Source: Phoronis australis
Lineage: Eukaryota; Animalia; Phoronida
Direction: 5' to 3'
Assembly: GCA_002633005.1 (NCBI GenBank)
Contig: NMRA01000185.1
Span: forward strand, 217,921-281,920
Length of the DNA: 64,000 nt
Below, piece by piece: positions 38,650 to 50,924 of the stretch (its first letter is position 1; each line of letters opens with the position of its first letter). The position numbers were made by a program, and so were the translations under genes. The notes under the pieces were generated by a model. That model made no database searches and was not told where the DNA came from. It saw only the letters and a program-made list of their open reading frames with translations.

Positions 38650-38884
38650 GTATTATTGAAGATGACAAATAAACCCAAAGGGTTGAGTACATCCATACCA
38701 ACTGGAGTGTATTGTTGTAATTAATAACTGTATTATTGAAGGTATAAACCCAAAGGGTTGAGTACATCCATACCAACTGGAGTGTATTGTTGTAATTAAT
38801 AACTGTATTATTGAAGGTATAAACCCAAAGGGTTGAGTACATCCATACCAACTGGAGTGTATTGTTGTAATTAATAACTGTATT
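38650..38884. repeat. 75-bp minisatellite, ~3 near-identical copies, downstream of the BCAP31 stop
   Basis: TAAACCCAAAGGGTTGAGTACATCCATACCAACTGGAGTGTATTGTTGTAATTAATAACTGTATT repeated; explains the 25-aa repeat in ORF 38567-38959. Confidence 0.95.
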
Positions 38885-39347
38885 TGTCACTGTAACAAAT
38901 AAATAACTAACTATAAAGAAAACCCAAATCAAGTGTGCAAACCACCACCGACAAACCACAAAACGAGGTTTCTGTTTATCGTAATATGAATTGCCTTAAG
39001 TTTAAAATTCTTTCGTTTCCACAAGTTTCCAGGTTTTCCACAGCCGTTGGAATCCACAGATTCATACAGTAATATACTTAATTTCCTCGTTTTATATTTC
39101 AGGAATTCAGCTAAATTCCAGAAAAAACATTTCTATGAAACATAGTATAAACATCAGAACAAATCAGTAACAAGTGAGGGCAGATAACAATAACATGAAA
39201 ACACAGCTTAAAGTTTGTAAAAAGGGAAAGATAAACCTTCGACACAAACATTGGGATACCAACACAAGCAAGAGCTGTAAATACTGGACACTGAAAAATA
39301 GCCTAAAACTGCCAACGGTGACCTGCGCCCCCCGGGTTGAATCACCA

Positions 39348-39419
39348 CTAATGATCTTTCTTGGTGTCTGCGGACTCATCCCCGCCACCTTGTTGGTATT
39401 GCAGCTGCGACAACTTTTT
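39348..39419 (-). CDS. BCAP31: BCAP31/BCAP29-family protein, last coding exon
   Basis: ttttttcag|AAA AAG...; KKLSQLQYQQGGGDESADTKKDH*, ending in a KKXX ER-retrieval motif. Confidence 0.9.
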   Translation of the reverse strand, partial: KKLSQLQYQQGGGDESADTKKDH

Positions 39420-40757
39420 CTGAAAAAAAATATGATGATGGTTGTCAACACAGGCTACTACGGTCAAATGACATTTGTCCAGCCAAAATTAAATTGGCAT
39501 TGTTGGCGACAATGATATGCCCTTGAGATCCACCCCAAAACGGATTCGAAGGCACAAACAGCAGTCACAACTGTCAGATGCTTCGCTAATGTAGCTATAA
39601 GCCGATCTGGCAAGCAGCCAAATAATTCAATTGCATTCAACTGATAAGATCACTGGCTTCAGTTTCAGTTATTTCTACAGAATGACTGGAAGCAAAAATA
39701 GGGAATCCAAAATTTCTAATAAAACCATAAAAACTAACTTATTGTTTTATGGCTCCAGTCAAAGCTAACGATTTCAAGAAATCTATCCAAACCAAAAAAA
39801 TCCATTTTTCGTCACTAAAAAAGGGACTTTCAGGAAGCAATGGGGCTGATCACATGACAGCGGTTCATAACGCCACCTGGCTGTCCCAGGAGTTATGTTG
39901 CCTTTGCAGTGGGTGGCATAGGGGAAGAGTTTGTCATCCTGAAAAGACCCTTTTACAATGTATAAAATAAGATGTGATGTGCTTTAAAAAAAGTTATAAA
40001 GTGCCTCCTCGTCCTCTAGAGGTCACTGGTATCTGGTCCCACACGACCAATCACCATGTTGCTACTTGAAAGTCTCCCATTGCATTCATTCTACTGTTCA
40101 TGCCGACTGACACTCCCCAAAACATGGACATGTTGACATTTGTGTAAAAGGCTAGCATGTTACAAGCAAATGGGGAAATTAACAGACAACTCTGGTCAAA
40201 CCTAATGCACATCAACAGACTCAACCAGAGGAGGGTGAACTACAGTTATTGTACAGAACACAATCATACTCCAAGTAAATTACAACACAAAAGGGGATAT
40301 CTCCCAAACCAAATTAATTTCCTACTAATGACTTAAGCGCCAAGGGAAACCAATGACATCACGTGCGGTTAATTATCTAAATGAACCTTATCAAGACGTA
40401 GCTAAATGCACAGGGACAGGCTGGAAAATGCCCAGGGGCTCCACAAGACTGCTGATTGCCAACTTAGTCTTAATTTAAAACTGGTGCAGAGTCGTGACAT
40501 GAATGCTTAAATCAATGTTGCTGATCAATTCATTTCTCTCGTGCCACGACCAGGATACACTCATTTCTAGCGCTAGCAAACACGCAAAGAATGTTTCAAT
40601 TATCACTGCTAATTTAGTGGCCATCTTCCAACCGGAGAGTAGGATAAACTCAATTCTAAAACCAGGGAGTTAGCAAAGTCATATTGGATAGAAGCCTGAC
40701 TAAACACAGGTAAAAATGAACTTGCATCACTCCCGCCAGTTTCCTTAACATAACACA

Positions 40758-42475
40758 ATTAACCTATCGCAAGCTCCACCTCTTTGCCGAAAGTCATGTG
40801 ATACCCGACAAACAAACAACATGTGAGAGTAGGTACACAGTCGCTAAACAACCCTCCCTGGTGGAATTGATGAGTGTTTTTTGCATTTTCCAAAAACGCT
40901 TCGACAAAGACAACAGGCGGTACTTTTCAGCTGAGAATCGTACGTTCATGACTTGGAAATTTGTAAAACTGCAAGGATGAAAAAATAAGTGTTTGAGGAA
41001 AAGTATTTCGAAGCCAGCAAAAATCCAAAGAACCCCACCCACAGTTTTCCTTCACTTGAAAACTGGCTAGGCCAAAGTTCCAACATGTTCATGTAAAGCT
41101 GAATATTTAACTTAAAGTCGAATCATCTGTACAATGCCATAGATTTCAGGATATTTCCAACAAAATCAGACAAGATTCGCCAATATTTTTATTCTGCCGT
41201 CTGCTAAATTCCGCCAAATGAAAAGTAGGTCACAACTGATTGTATTCTCCAAGTAAAGTAGGCTGAGTCGATAGCACTGTTTATACTTTTCTAATCTTCA
41301 AGCGAAATATTTTGATTAAAAAATCAGGATTGTAACTCAGGCCCATACTTGTTTTATCCTAGGCAAGCAGTTAGCTCCGATAGGTCTAGGACTGTGGCCA
41401 AAAGTCAAATTAACGCATGGAATTGGCCGTAATTCAGTGTACCATCAAGATAAACCTCCTGATGAACTTCATATTTTTGTAGTTTCATTGCATAAAGGTA
41501 GTTTGCATTTAATTTTAAATGTAGCATGATCACTAAGCTGTGGTATGGTAACAAAAGATGACAAGTCTGGTGTAGTGGCAAAAAGTGGCCATTTACAAAA
41601 ATAACTAAAATTCTTTTTTAAAGCTCCATAAATCCAAGTAGCATGTTTAAACAACTACAAAATGAACTCTCCCTAACTCTACTCGTGTATTACTGTATAT
41701 ACTAGAGGTTCTCAACAAAAAGAAATTCAACAGTATAATTTTTTCGTGACAACAGTTCGAACGAGGCTTTGAGTTCAGTAATTTAGTGCCCCTCCCTGCG
41801 TGTGCCGATCGAATCTGTCAATTTTGGAGAGAAGTTCAGTTGAACGCCAGCCTACAGGTATATGATTGAATAACAAAAAATGTATCTATGCTACCAAACA
41901 ACGATGTCCAATATAGGTCGAAATAAATGAAAAATAACAAAAATGTACTTAAAAACAACTTTCTGGGGACTACCGCTAGACTAGTGCTGGGATCCAGCCG
42001 ATGCTTAGACAAAGGCTCCCACACTATTGAAACTCAGGAGTCAAAATCAGACAGGCCTACAGTATAGCCACCAAACTGAAAAGTACGTATCTGGTACAAA
42101 TATATTAATTTTGTGTTTAACCTTCGAGTAATCCAGCAATGGTGTTAAGTTTAGTGCTGGTGTGGCCATCCACACAGTTTGATCCCCGCATTGTTTACAC
42201 AGTCGACAACACTTTTCGGCTTACGGATTAATTAAAAATGACAGGATATTCCTCTCTAGCTGTATAACGGCAGTCAGAACTACACACGCCATATCATCAC
42301 CGTGTCACCATTCTTAGCGCACAATTTTTTGACATACAGACTAAAATAAGCTTTACCGACGACATTGTTTGTCGGGTAAAATGGCAGCTTGGAAACGCAG
42401 ACGAAAGTGTGTCAAGAATGCTGCGTTTTGATTGGTTAGTTAAGCTGTCAGGCATAATCCTGGCGATAGGTCAAT
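40758..42475. mobile_element. 1.7 kb member of the ATTGACCTATCGC TIR family in the last BCAP31 intron
   Basis: Left ATTAACCTATCGCAAGCTCCACC, right GTGTGTCAAGAATG...TGGCGATAGGTCAAT; both ends match the short MITEs at 22110-22401. Confidence 0.75.
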
Positions 42476-44467
42476 TGATGACAATCTTGCATGCATTTTC
42501 TCATGCCTGTTCACCCACTGATATTCTTTTTTATTCTCCACAGAAACATGTTTTATGACAAAGTCATCATGTTCGTCAAACTCTCAAGATTCCAGTAATA
42601 CTGGGTCAGCTCAGATAAAATTGGAAATACAGAGAAAACAACCATTCCTGTGGACAACATTGGTTAGGGTATCATTCAGCAACTCTCCATTTTCAAAATT
42701 TTTCATCTCTGCAGGATCTCGTCAACCCCCTATACCCAGCCCTGTTGTCACCTCTTTTGATGCATCACTCAGTCCCCCCCGTCAGTACCTGTCATCTCCT
42801 AAATCACCAGCCTCCAGATTCCCAACAAAGCCTTTCATTGAGGATTTTCACATCAATATGTTATTGAAAATAGAAATACCTTGGAGGAATGATGTCGGCT
42901 AAACAGATCATGGGGGACTCGACAACACAATTAACGGACAGAAGTGGTGCTAAAGATAACATGTTTCCAATCACTAGCTTCATCACAGAACTACTGGATT
43001 TGACATTTTATACTTCCATATTATGCTAATCACGAAATGACAGGCACTATTTTCTTTAAGAACAGCGATTTAGAAATTACAAATAAGTCTGAGTTATAAA
43101 ACCCATTACTCTTGAGTACAATGTCAGACATCAATCCAAGGAGATTTTAAAACAATTTTGTGCGTTTCTGATGTGCCTACATGTATGTTATTCATGCCAC
43201 CCGATGTCTAAAATAAGCCCAGGTCAACCTTGGATTAATTTAAGGTACCTGAAATGTTGCCTTGTGTAGATAGGAAATTAGAAATTAATGGCTCCCTGTT
43301 CAATCAGCAGAAGTCACGATGGATTGTGTGAAGCCATTCGTTCGAAGTAGAATGGGATCAGAGAATGTACATAGATATCCCACAAACCTAACTGTAAAAA
43401 GTCATTCCAGTGGTACACTTGCACGGGTAGCAGACAAGTAAATTTGTGTACCTTATTTGCTAACACATATATACCTGAGGCTCAATAGTGCATAGACACT
43501 GACACAAATACCTCTCCTGTACCACAACATGCCAGGCACACAGACAGGAACATGGAGTCAAGACAACCAGGTAATGAGCTGAAATACTGGGGTGACGTGA
43601 CTGGCAACAGGTTTTGTCAATCAATCACTCGAAACCGTAAAGAGGTTTTGAGGGCATAATGGCATAAGAGCCATCTTCATGTAGCACATTCTCCGATTGT
43701 CTGACGCTGATGTTTGCTATCAGGTAGCAATAAGGCTGGGTGGCGTGAGCAGAAGAGACGGAGATACAAGAAAATGATTTATTCTCATCAAATACTAGAG
43801 TGATGCAGGGTACTGATGGATATTACCATAATTGCACCAGTTTCAACATCCACTAGATGGCGCACTGGAGAGAAAAATCACAATTTGTGGATTTCAGTAA
43901 TTTGTGTTGCTACGACAACTTGCATCATAACACAAAGCACTACACCCTCACCAACGTTATGCAGGGCCCTAGAAAAATGTCCAAATTTGGCTAACTTCGG
44001 GAACATCATGTCTCAGAAATGTCTGTTTGGATTCTTATGAAACTTTCTAAGATACTTGGCTTTATCCAGTGTTCTCTGTTAGGAACTGTTTTTTTTTAAA
44101 TATTCCTGTTTCGCACGAGAGGCATTAAAAAATGATATTTTAGAAAACTGCAACAGTGTTTCGCAGATTTCACCTTGAATATTTATAGCAAATAAAATTT
44201 GATCATGTTAGTATTTTGCTATGAATGTACCTTAAGTTTCTTTTTGCAAATTTTTTTAAAAAGACATGGTTACGTGACCCAACTGATAACAGATTGGTAA
44301 AAAGTAAAATATCAAATTTTACAGGTTTTCGACTTTCAGAAAAAGTATACGTTCACTGTATCGAGTTGAAATCTGTAGTTCTGTAGACACTTGGCTAAAT
44401 GCAGACATGTCAGTAAGGACCTGCATAAGGATATGACTAGTGTGATCAAGAGACCAGTTCAGCTCAC

Positions 44468-44568
44468 CTCGGTCTTAGCGTGCTCATCCAATAACCGATC
44501 ATACTCTGCGGCCGTCGACTCCGCTTGCTTCTTCATCACCTCAAAATCTGTCTCGATCTTATCCACAT
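44468..44568 (-). CDS. BCAP31: BCAP31-family coding exon 6
   Basis: catag|AT...GAG|gtgag; (Y)VDKIETDFEVMKKQAESTAAEYDRLLDEHAKTE, with the conserved MKKQAE...EYDRLL coiled coil. Confidence 0.93.
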
Positions 44569-45653
44569 CTATGACAGAAATAGTAAAAAGTAAAGCAAGC
44601 CCTTCCTTCAGTACAACAATCTGACAGCAGCATGCAAGATTAGAGTTTCCTGTTTACCGTGTTGTCAACATTTGTCAATACTCAACACATTTCCATGCAC
44701 GGCTGCACTAATTGCTTCACGTGTCTTACTCTCAATCACTCCACATTTTCAAAACAAGTACTGAGGATAAAAGCAAAAACAACTGTAATTGTATAATCTA
44801 AAAAAGTATAGCTAAAAATTATTCGTTTCTGAATAGAACTAAAAGCTTGTTGCATCACTAGCTCTGCTGAAGATAAATCCACCAGCATATCCTCAATTAT
44901 CTTGTCCATGACAGGTATATTACAGGTATACATTACAGGTATCACTAGCTATGTTGTACATTAAACAAATTGCTATGGTTGTAACTCATTGTATGTTGGC
45001 ATGGGAACTTAATTGCAAAAAGAGTGCATCGGAGAACATGTCTCAGCCAAATGGTGAACATTTTTTCATTTAGCCGAGTGGTGAACATGATATCCATGTT
45101 TCACATGGACAGACAGCGATGTTAATGCAAACCCGACAACCCCCAGCAAATAAGTAAGTGGAAACTAATAACAATAACACCTCTGATAATTAATACCAGT
45201 TAGTCACCAAAATAGACAAAATGAGCTAAACAAGAAGAAGATTCCAATTAGCACAAAGTGTGTTATACCGCAATACTGTGTTATCTACAGCTGATTCATT
45301 GAGATCATGAACCACGTGAAATGATTACAAAATATGAACCAAAAGCGATTCTTGATAATTTTTTGAAGGGTAAAGTCTTACCCTGTTTACAGACCCCTGC
45401 AATGTTAATTAGTTCAAGCGGAAATCGCAGACTTCAATCTCCGATAAATCACGTTTGAGGCAGTGAGCCTTTCATTTGAGGCAACCAATGAACTCTACTC
45501 TGACCGTGATTTTATCACGTAAAACTAAAAATGCTAATTTCCCACATTAAGAAAATAAAACAATAATTTTTAAAAGTGGCACTGCATGGGGCTTTGACAT
45601 TACTGTTCTTCAAAACAAAACAGTTACAGGAAAAATAACATCTTAAACCTTAC

Positions 45654-45765
45654 ACTCAGTTCGCGATTCAATTTCTCGTTCCAGAAACAAAATACGTTCT
45701 TTAGCTTTAGCCAATTCTTCCAAGGCTGTCTTGCGAATAATATCAGATTCTTCAACGTCATTTGT
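45654..45765 (-). CDS. BCAP31: BCAP31-family coding exon 5
   Basis: tttcag|ACA...GAG T|gtaagg; TNDVEESDIIRKTALEELAKAKERILFLEREIESRTE; phases 0/1 fit neighbours. Confidence 0.85.
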
Positions 45766-46631
45766 CTGAAACGAACAAAATGTCCGACTGACAACCTGAG
45801 GGTAAAACACATAGAACATCAAAACGTGGAAAGCGTTACGGTAAACAGACATCGTCCAAGTTTCAATCCAGTAAAACAAAAAGGCAAACACGTGGCTGAA
45901 AACTAAGTATACAAAGAGCAACTGATACCCCGAGTCCTTGACAACTAGAGTTTTGCAGACCAATATAACCACTAATTGGTTGCGACTGCCAAATTAACAC
46001 AAAACCAGAATTAGATCCAAGTTTTGTAACCAAATCCTTTAAACAATGTAAATTCAAATTCGTTTACCACAAATTGTTAATTTTCATACACATAAACATG
46101 TAAGAACAAGCATGAATGATTGAGAACTTGATCTGTTCCTGAAAGTATCAAGGTGCACTAATACACCAGATGGAGAGCCTTAAAGTGGAACTTGAATGCT
46201 TAGTCCTTATGTTCTTATCTCTGTGGTTGCTAGGTCAAATTAGTTAGAAACACAACGTATAGTGACAATGTGAATATGAAGTGAGTTGACAATTGACAAA
46301 TGTTAAGAACGAGTTTTGAGTTGAGAATGATCCACAATAAATCACTCAACCGTGTGCAGTAAGTATTGTGACGTGGTGTTGGGGAATAACACTGCATGAT
46401 GCGCGCTATGTGAGCCCACAAGGTACATCATTAGTGCAAAGGTCACATATTTGCAAATTTTCTGTTTTCAAATTAACAAGTTGTCAATGAATACAACTGC
46501 ACTTTGTTTAGCGTAGGTGACGTTCAAATAGCATTGTCATTAAGTTCCTGCTGTATACATTAGCATAGTTAGGAGGATGCAAATACATCGTTATAACTAG
46601 CAAATAACTTTTCTAAGACATCTACAATTAC

Positions 46632-46782
46632 CTTGTTCTCCTGCGTCTCCGACAACTTGGAGTTTTCCTCCATCATTTTGTTAGCTACATCTGTAGCACT
46701 CTGAGCTTGTTTCACGGCCGCTTCGTGTTTGGCCTCTAGAGTCGCTGATGCAGACAACAAAGTGACGATTCTACGAATAACC
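46632..46782 (-). CDS. BCAP31: BCAP31-family coding exon 4
   Basis: tacag|G...AAG|gtaatt; VIRRIVTLLSASATLEAKHEAAVKQAQSATDVANKMMEENSKLSETQENK. Confidence 0.93.
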
Positions 46783-47469
46783 CTGTAATATGGAGATGGC
46801 TGAATGTATGGAACAAATGTGTGGCAGAAATAAACAATGGAGGACATTGGAAGGATTGAATGAGAGATGTACGGATGGAGTGAAGGAAAAAGAGATGGAG
46901 TATGACAAAGGAAGAGCGTTTGCAGACCTTACTACACCAAATCTAGACTAGGCGAGGTGCTTTACCCCAACCAGTCTCTTAGGACATCAAAGAAATTTTG
47001 GCGACAGCAGGGTACGCCCTAGCCAGGTGAGTGGGGTTTAAATTATAGACTAATAAGTCATGGGGATAGGGCGAGGGGTAGATGCAAGGAGGAAGGATTA
47101 TACATGCGCACTATTATTAATCTATCTCTTATTTCGCATTATCAAATGAATTTACATTTTGTTATCATTACTCGTTATATGTTCATCAACAAGCACTTTG
47201 TTACGCTCTCTTGTAGTGTTCTCTCTCCCTGAATATGACGTGTTTTCATTTGTTCTATCTGCATTTCTCTCTTACACACATTTGACAATCCTATAACACA
47301 GGCAGTGAGGCAGTGAGGGAGGGGGTGAGAGACCTAGTACACGGAACTGACAGGAACTCCCCAGACGTCCATACTGCCTTGGTAAGCAAGCATGACAAGC
47401 AACTCATTGGCCAAGGTCAATAACTGCCTGTTAGTTCTTCTCAAGCCCCTAAATCATTTCTTATCAGAG

Positions 47470-47783
47470 TTAAGAACAAGATGAGGCCCATGTTATCACA
47501 TCAAGAACAAGATGAGGCCCATGTTATCACATCAGAGCAAGATGGGGACCATGTTATCACATTAAGAACAAAATGAGGCCTATGTTATTACATTAAGAAC
47601 AAGATGAGGCCCATGTTATCACATTTAGAGCAAGAGGAGGCCCACGTTATCACATTAAGAACAAGATGAGGCCCATGTTATCACATTAAGAAAAAGATGA
47701 GGTCCATGTTATCACATCAAGAACAAGACAAGGCCCATGTTATCACATTAAGAACAAGATGAGGCACATGTTATCACATTAAG
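47470..47783. repeat. 31-bp minisatellite, ~10 copies
   Basis: TTAAGAACAAGATGAGGCCCATGTTATCACA repeated head to tail with point variants. Confidence 0.95.
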
Positions 47784-49143
47784 AGCCCTAAACCAAAAGT
47801 TGGTACTAGTCAGAAGGAGCAGGTTCGTTAACCTTTTAAAGTGACATTATTAGTAACAAAAAAGTGATTTTCTGAAATCAGTCACGGCACGGAATAGAAC
47901 TTGGAAAACTTCACGGTCACAGTAAAACGCTCTGCTGAAAGAGCTCAAATGGCACTCGATAAATGGAAGAGTACTTTCAGTGTTACTTAACTCGTAAAGT
48001 CGTCAGATATGACTACAGTGAATGTCTGGCAGACAATAGCAAGAATAGCCAATTTGTAAAAAACCCACAAAAGTAACATCAAAAAGTCTATCCCATTCAA
48101 CAATATTTCACCCAAAAAATAATCCATTTTCTGCCATAAAAATGATAGTGTCCATTTAAAATAAGACTGTACAATTAATAACTTACAGTGCATGAAACAT
48201 TATAAATGAAGTTGGTATCATAAAAAAATTTCCTAAGTTGTTTCCAAGGAAACCAGACTGGACTTTTTTATACCAGAACTGGCCATACTAATTGTGAAAA
48301 GGTGCAAATTGTGACTAGTCAAGATAAATTTGGTTTGTTATAAATGATTTATTTTGCATTCACATCAACCATGCCTGTAAATTCACATAAGAATGACTGA
48401 TATAATCTATCATGCAACATTTATTATCAATCGTGATAATTGATACAATTTCGTATCAGTGAACAGGTTATTCATGATTATCAGACCATCAAGCTGATGA
48501 ATTTATCATCATTCCTCATCAGCCCGATACACATTCTTATCAATCAAAACGGGGGGGGGGGGGGGGNTATGACAGCTACACCTGTACACCTGCAAACAGT
48601 GTAGTTTCCACAGGGTACACACTGAATTTTTGGGAGTCAGTATAGGTTCAGCACAGGACACACAGAACAAGTGCAACATTCGTGTGGGGTGGCAGAGAGG
48701 TCCTGTGCTATCAAAAGTCTGCTTCTGATTGGTACCAATAGGAGGCAACAATTTTGCATTTAGTCCCCTGTCCACTATAGAGGTCCCCCATTGCCACATA
48801 CCCCCAGATACCAACAATTTTGCATTTAGAGCTTGTAAGCTGTCGGGATAGTCCGAAGACACTTGTCGATCATGTGTGAATTCCCAAATCATAACTTAAT
48901 GACGTTTATCGAACCACAACCTACTTTTTCATGTCATTTGTATGTCAATTTTGTACTTGTACCTTGGCCTTAATTGACCTCCATACCTTCAGTTTTCATC
49001 CTTGTCTGTTTCTTTGTTGTTATATATTTATTGTGTTGTGGTATTGTATTACTTTATGGTCAATCAATGTTGACAAATCAACCAATAAATCAGGTTAACC
49101 TCAATCCTACTCCTTTAAATGTGAATGACTGATCAATACTTAC

Positions 49144-49291
49144 AGCCAGAGGAACAATGCAAAGCCAGCGATGTAGAAGTTCCTCTGAGCTCTGAACAAC
49201 TTCATGTGATAGTTGTCAACTGTCGTCGGGTTGTTCTTCAGGTCAATATTTTCAGTTGGAACTGAGTACTTCCGCACTTCCCGCACAGCAT
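49144..49291 (-). CDS. BCAP31: BCAP31-family coding exon 3
   Basis: cttcag|AT...CT|gtaag; (D)AVREVRKYSVPTENIDLKNNPTTVDNYHMKLFRAQRNFYIAGFALFLW(L), containing the family motif MKLFRAQRN.YIAGF. Confidence 0.96.
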
Positions 49292-49489
49292 CTGAAGACA
49301 GAAAACACGGAATTTCAGATAACTAAAGAGACTCATTTGTCACATGGTGTGGCCAACAGGTGGCATGCAGATCACAATTAAAAATGTTTGCGATAAGCAA
49401 AGACATTTTAAAACTTCCGAAACATTCCCCTAAAGAGTAATTTGTAATTTAAAAATCAGTAGAGCATTATATCTTTGACGACAAGTAAC

Positions 49490-49642
49490 ATGAGTACGAA
49501 CTTTAAAATCAGCGTATATTATGTAAATAACGACATATTGATCGATGTTTTGGTTTATTGTCTCTAAACCATTCTCAAGACAAAAATATAAACCGAAACG
49601 TCGATCAATTTACAATGCGCTAATTTTAAAGTTCGTTCTCAT
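49490..49642. repeat. ~150 bp inverted repeat containing a hammerhead-like motif
   Basis: ATGAGTACGAACTTTAAAAT...ATTGATCGATGTTTTGGTTTAT mirrored by ATAAACCGAAACGTCGATCAAT...ATTTTAAAGTTCGTTCTCAT. Confidence 0.8.
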
Positions 49643-50068
49643 ATTCTGGCCAAAAACAAAGTGTGATCAAGTAAGCTGACCACGCAAAGGAATGTCAAGA
49701 ATAGAATGCTGTTACTTCTCAAAATTCAGCTCAAAATGGCCATAAACTTGCAGTCTGTCAAAGGAAGTGGTTTCTGGATCAGGAAAAAGCTATCAGTTGT
49801 TTATGGCCAGAGACAATGGGTCACATGATGTGGCCAACAGGTGGCGTTCACATTCAATGAGCCAGTGTGACCAGATAATTTGTTCAGCCTTATATCAAGC
49901 AATAAGCAACTGTCACTACTTTCCAAACTCAGAAATCATCATCAGTTTGAATAAAGAACAAGATGACACCGATATCAAGACTGAGTAGTCTCAATCAAAA
50001 TTTATCATTTTTTGGCAGACGAAATGTTTATTGCAGCTTTAAACGTACCGTGTGCGGAATATACTTAC

Positions 50069-50169
50069 CAAAAAAGAGTATGAAGAGCACCACTATGAGA
50101 ACGTTGAAGTAAAGGTTGGCGTAAGAAGCCAAACTGTTGAGGACACGTGATCTGAATACAGTCTGCCAT
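50069..50169 (-). CDS. BCAP31: BCAP31-family coding exon 2
   Basis: tttcag|A TGG...TTT G|gtaag; (R)WQTVFRSRVLNSLASYANLYFNVLIVVLFILFF. Confidence 0.95.
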
Positions 50170-50924
50170 CTGAAAATTACCCAGACTACATCAGTTCAGG
50201 CTACGTATTCAACCACTGTAGCACAGAATGTCATACACACACATCGTTGTTGTAATTACAACCTTTGTTGGAGCCTGAGATGGGGCACTGTAAATTCTTC
50301 TTCAATATTGCAAACATCGACAACCAGTTCATCATAGTGAATCTATGAGCTTCTGAAAATCCAGTTACCTGGGTGATGTTTAATTGCATAGTTTTCCATT
50401 CATTTGCTGCCAGCTATGTGGCTGACTTTTTTAATTTACTATTTTAATTCCAATTTTTTTATACCAGTTTGTTAGTCCAATTTCGAATATTTTCTTTCTT
50501 ATCAGGATTCTGTGAAAAAACAGCATTGTAATACTGAGTAGGTTCGACATATCCCACCAGTGCTTAGGGTATTCAAAACAATCGCATCACATTTAGCAGT
50601 CCGATTCAGACACTCAAAATAAGCCAGAACACAAAAGGCAAGAAACAACTTCAGTAATGCTCAAAATCTGCCAGTGAACACAGGATTAGAACTCCATGGT
50701 CGTAAACTAAGAATCACTAAATATTCTGCAACGGCTTCACACAGGAACGTAATTATTGATTTTATCCGACATTGAAATTTTTCTATTGATACCGTATTCT
50801 AATTGTATTTTTTGATACTTGCAAACTGTAGTTGAAAAAATAAATACTTCACAATTGCCACCATTTTTGTGAGCATACGCTATTTGAAATTTCCCCTTCC
50901 CCTGAGAATGAACTAAAATTTTAA

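Noticed and set aside
38567-38959. 130-aa repeat protein
   Set aside because: Artefact of the 75-bp minisatellite
42430-42902. Minus-strand frame interrupted only by TGA codons (selenoprotein?) and the opposite S/P-rich ORF 42555-42902 with an upstream acceptor
   Set aside because: No recognisable homology, SECIS or partner exons; TGA-only stops follow from the Tyr-poor opposite frame; lies in a BCAP31 intron and runs into a MITE end
47470-47783. 31-bp repeat array as a CRISPR array
   Set aside because: Units are directly adjacent with no unique spacers; eukaryotic intron; no cas genes
32107-48568. Single N bases at ~32107, ~37521 and ~48567
   Set aside because: Assembly ambiguities beside G/C-rich runs; local element ends there are unreliable
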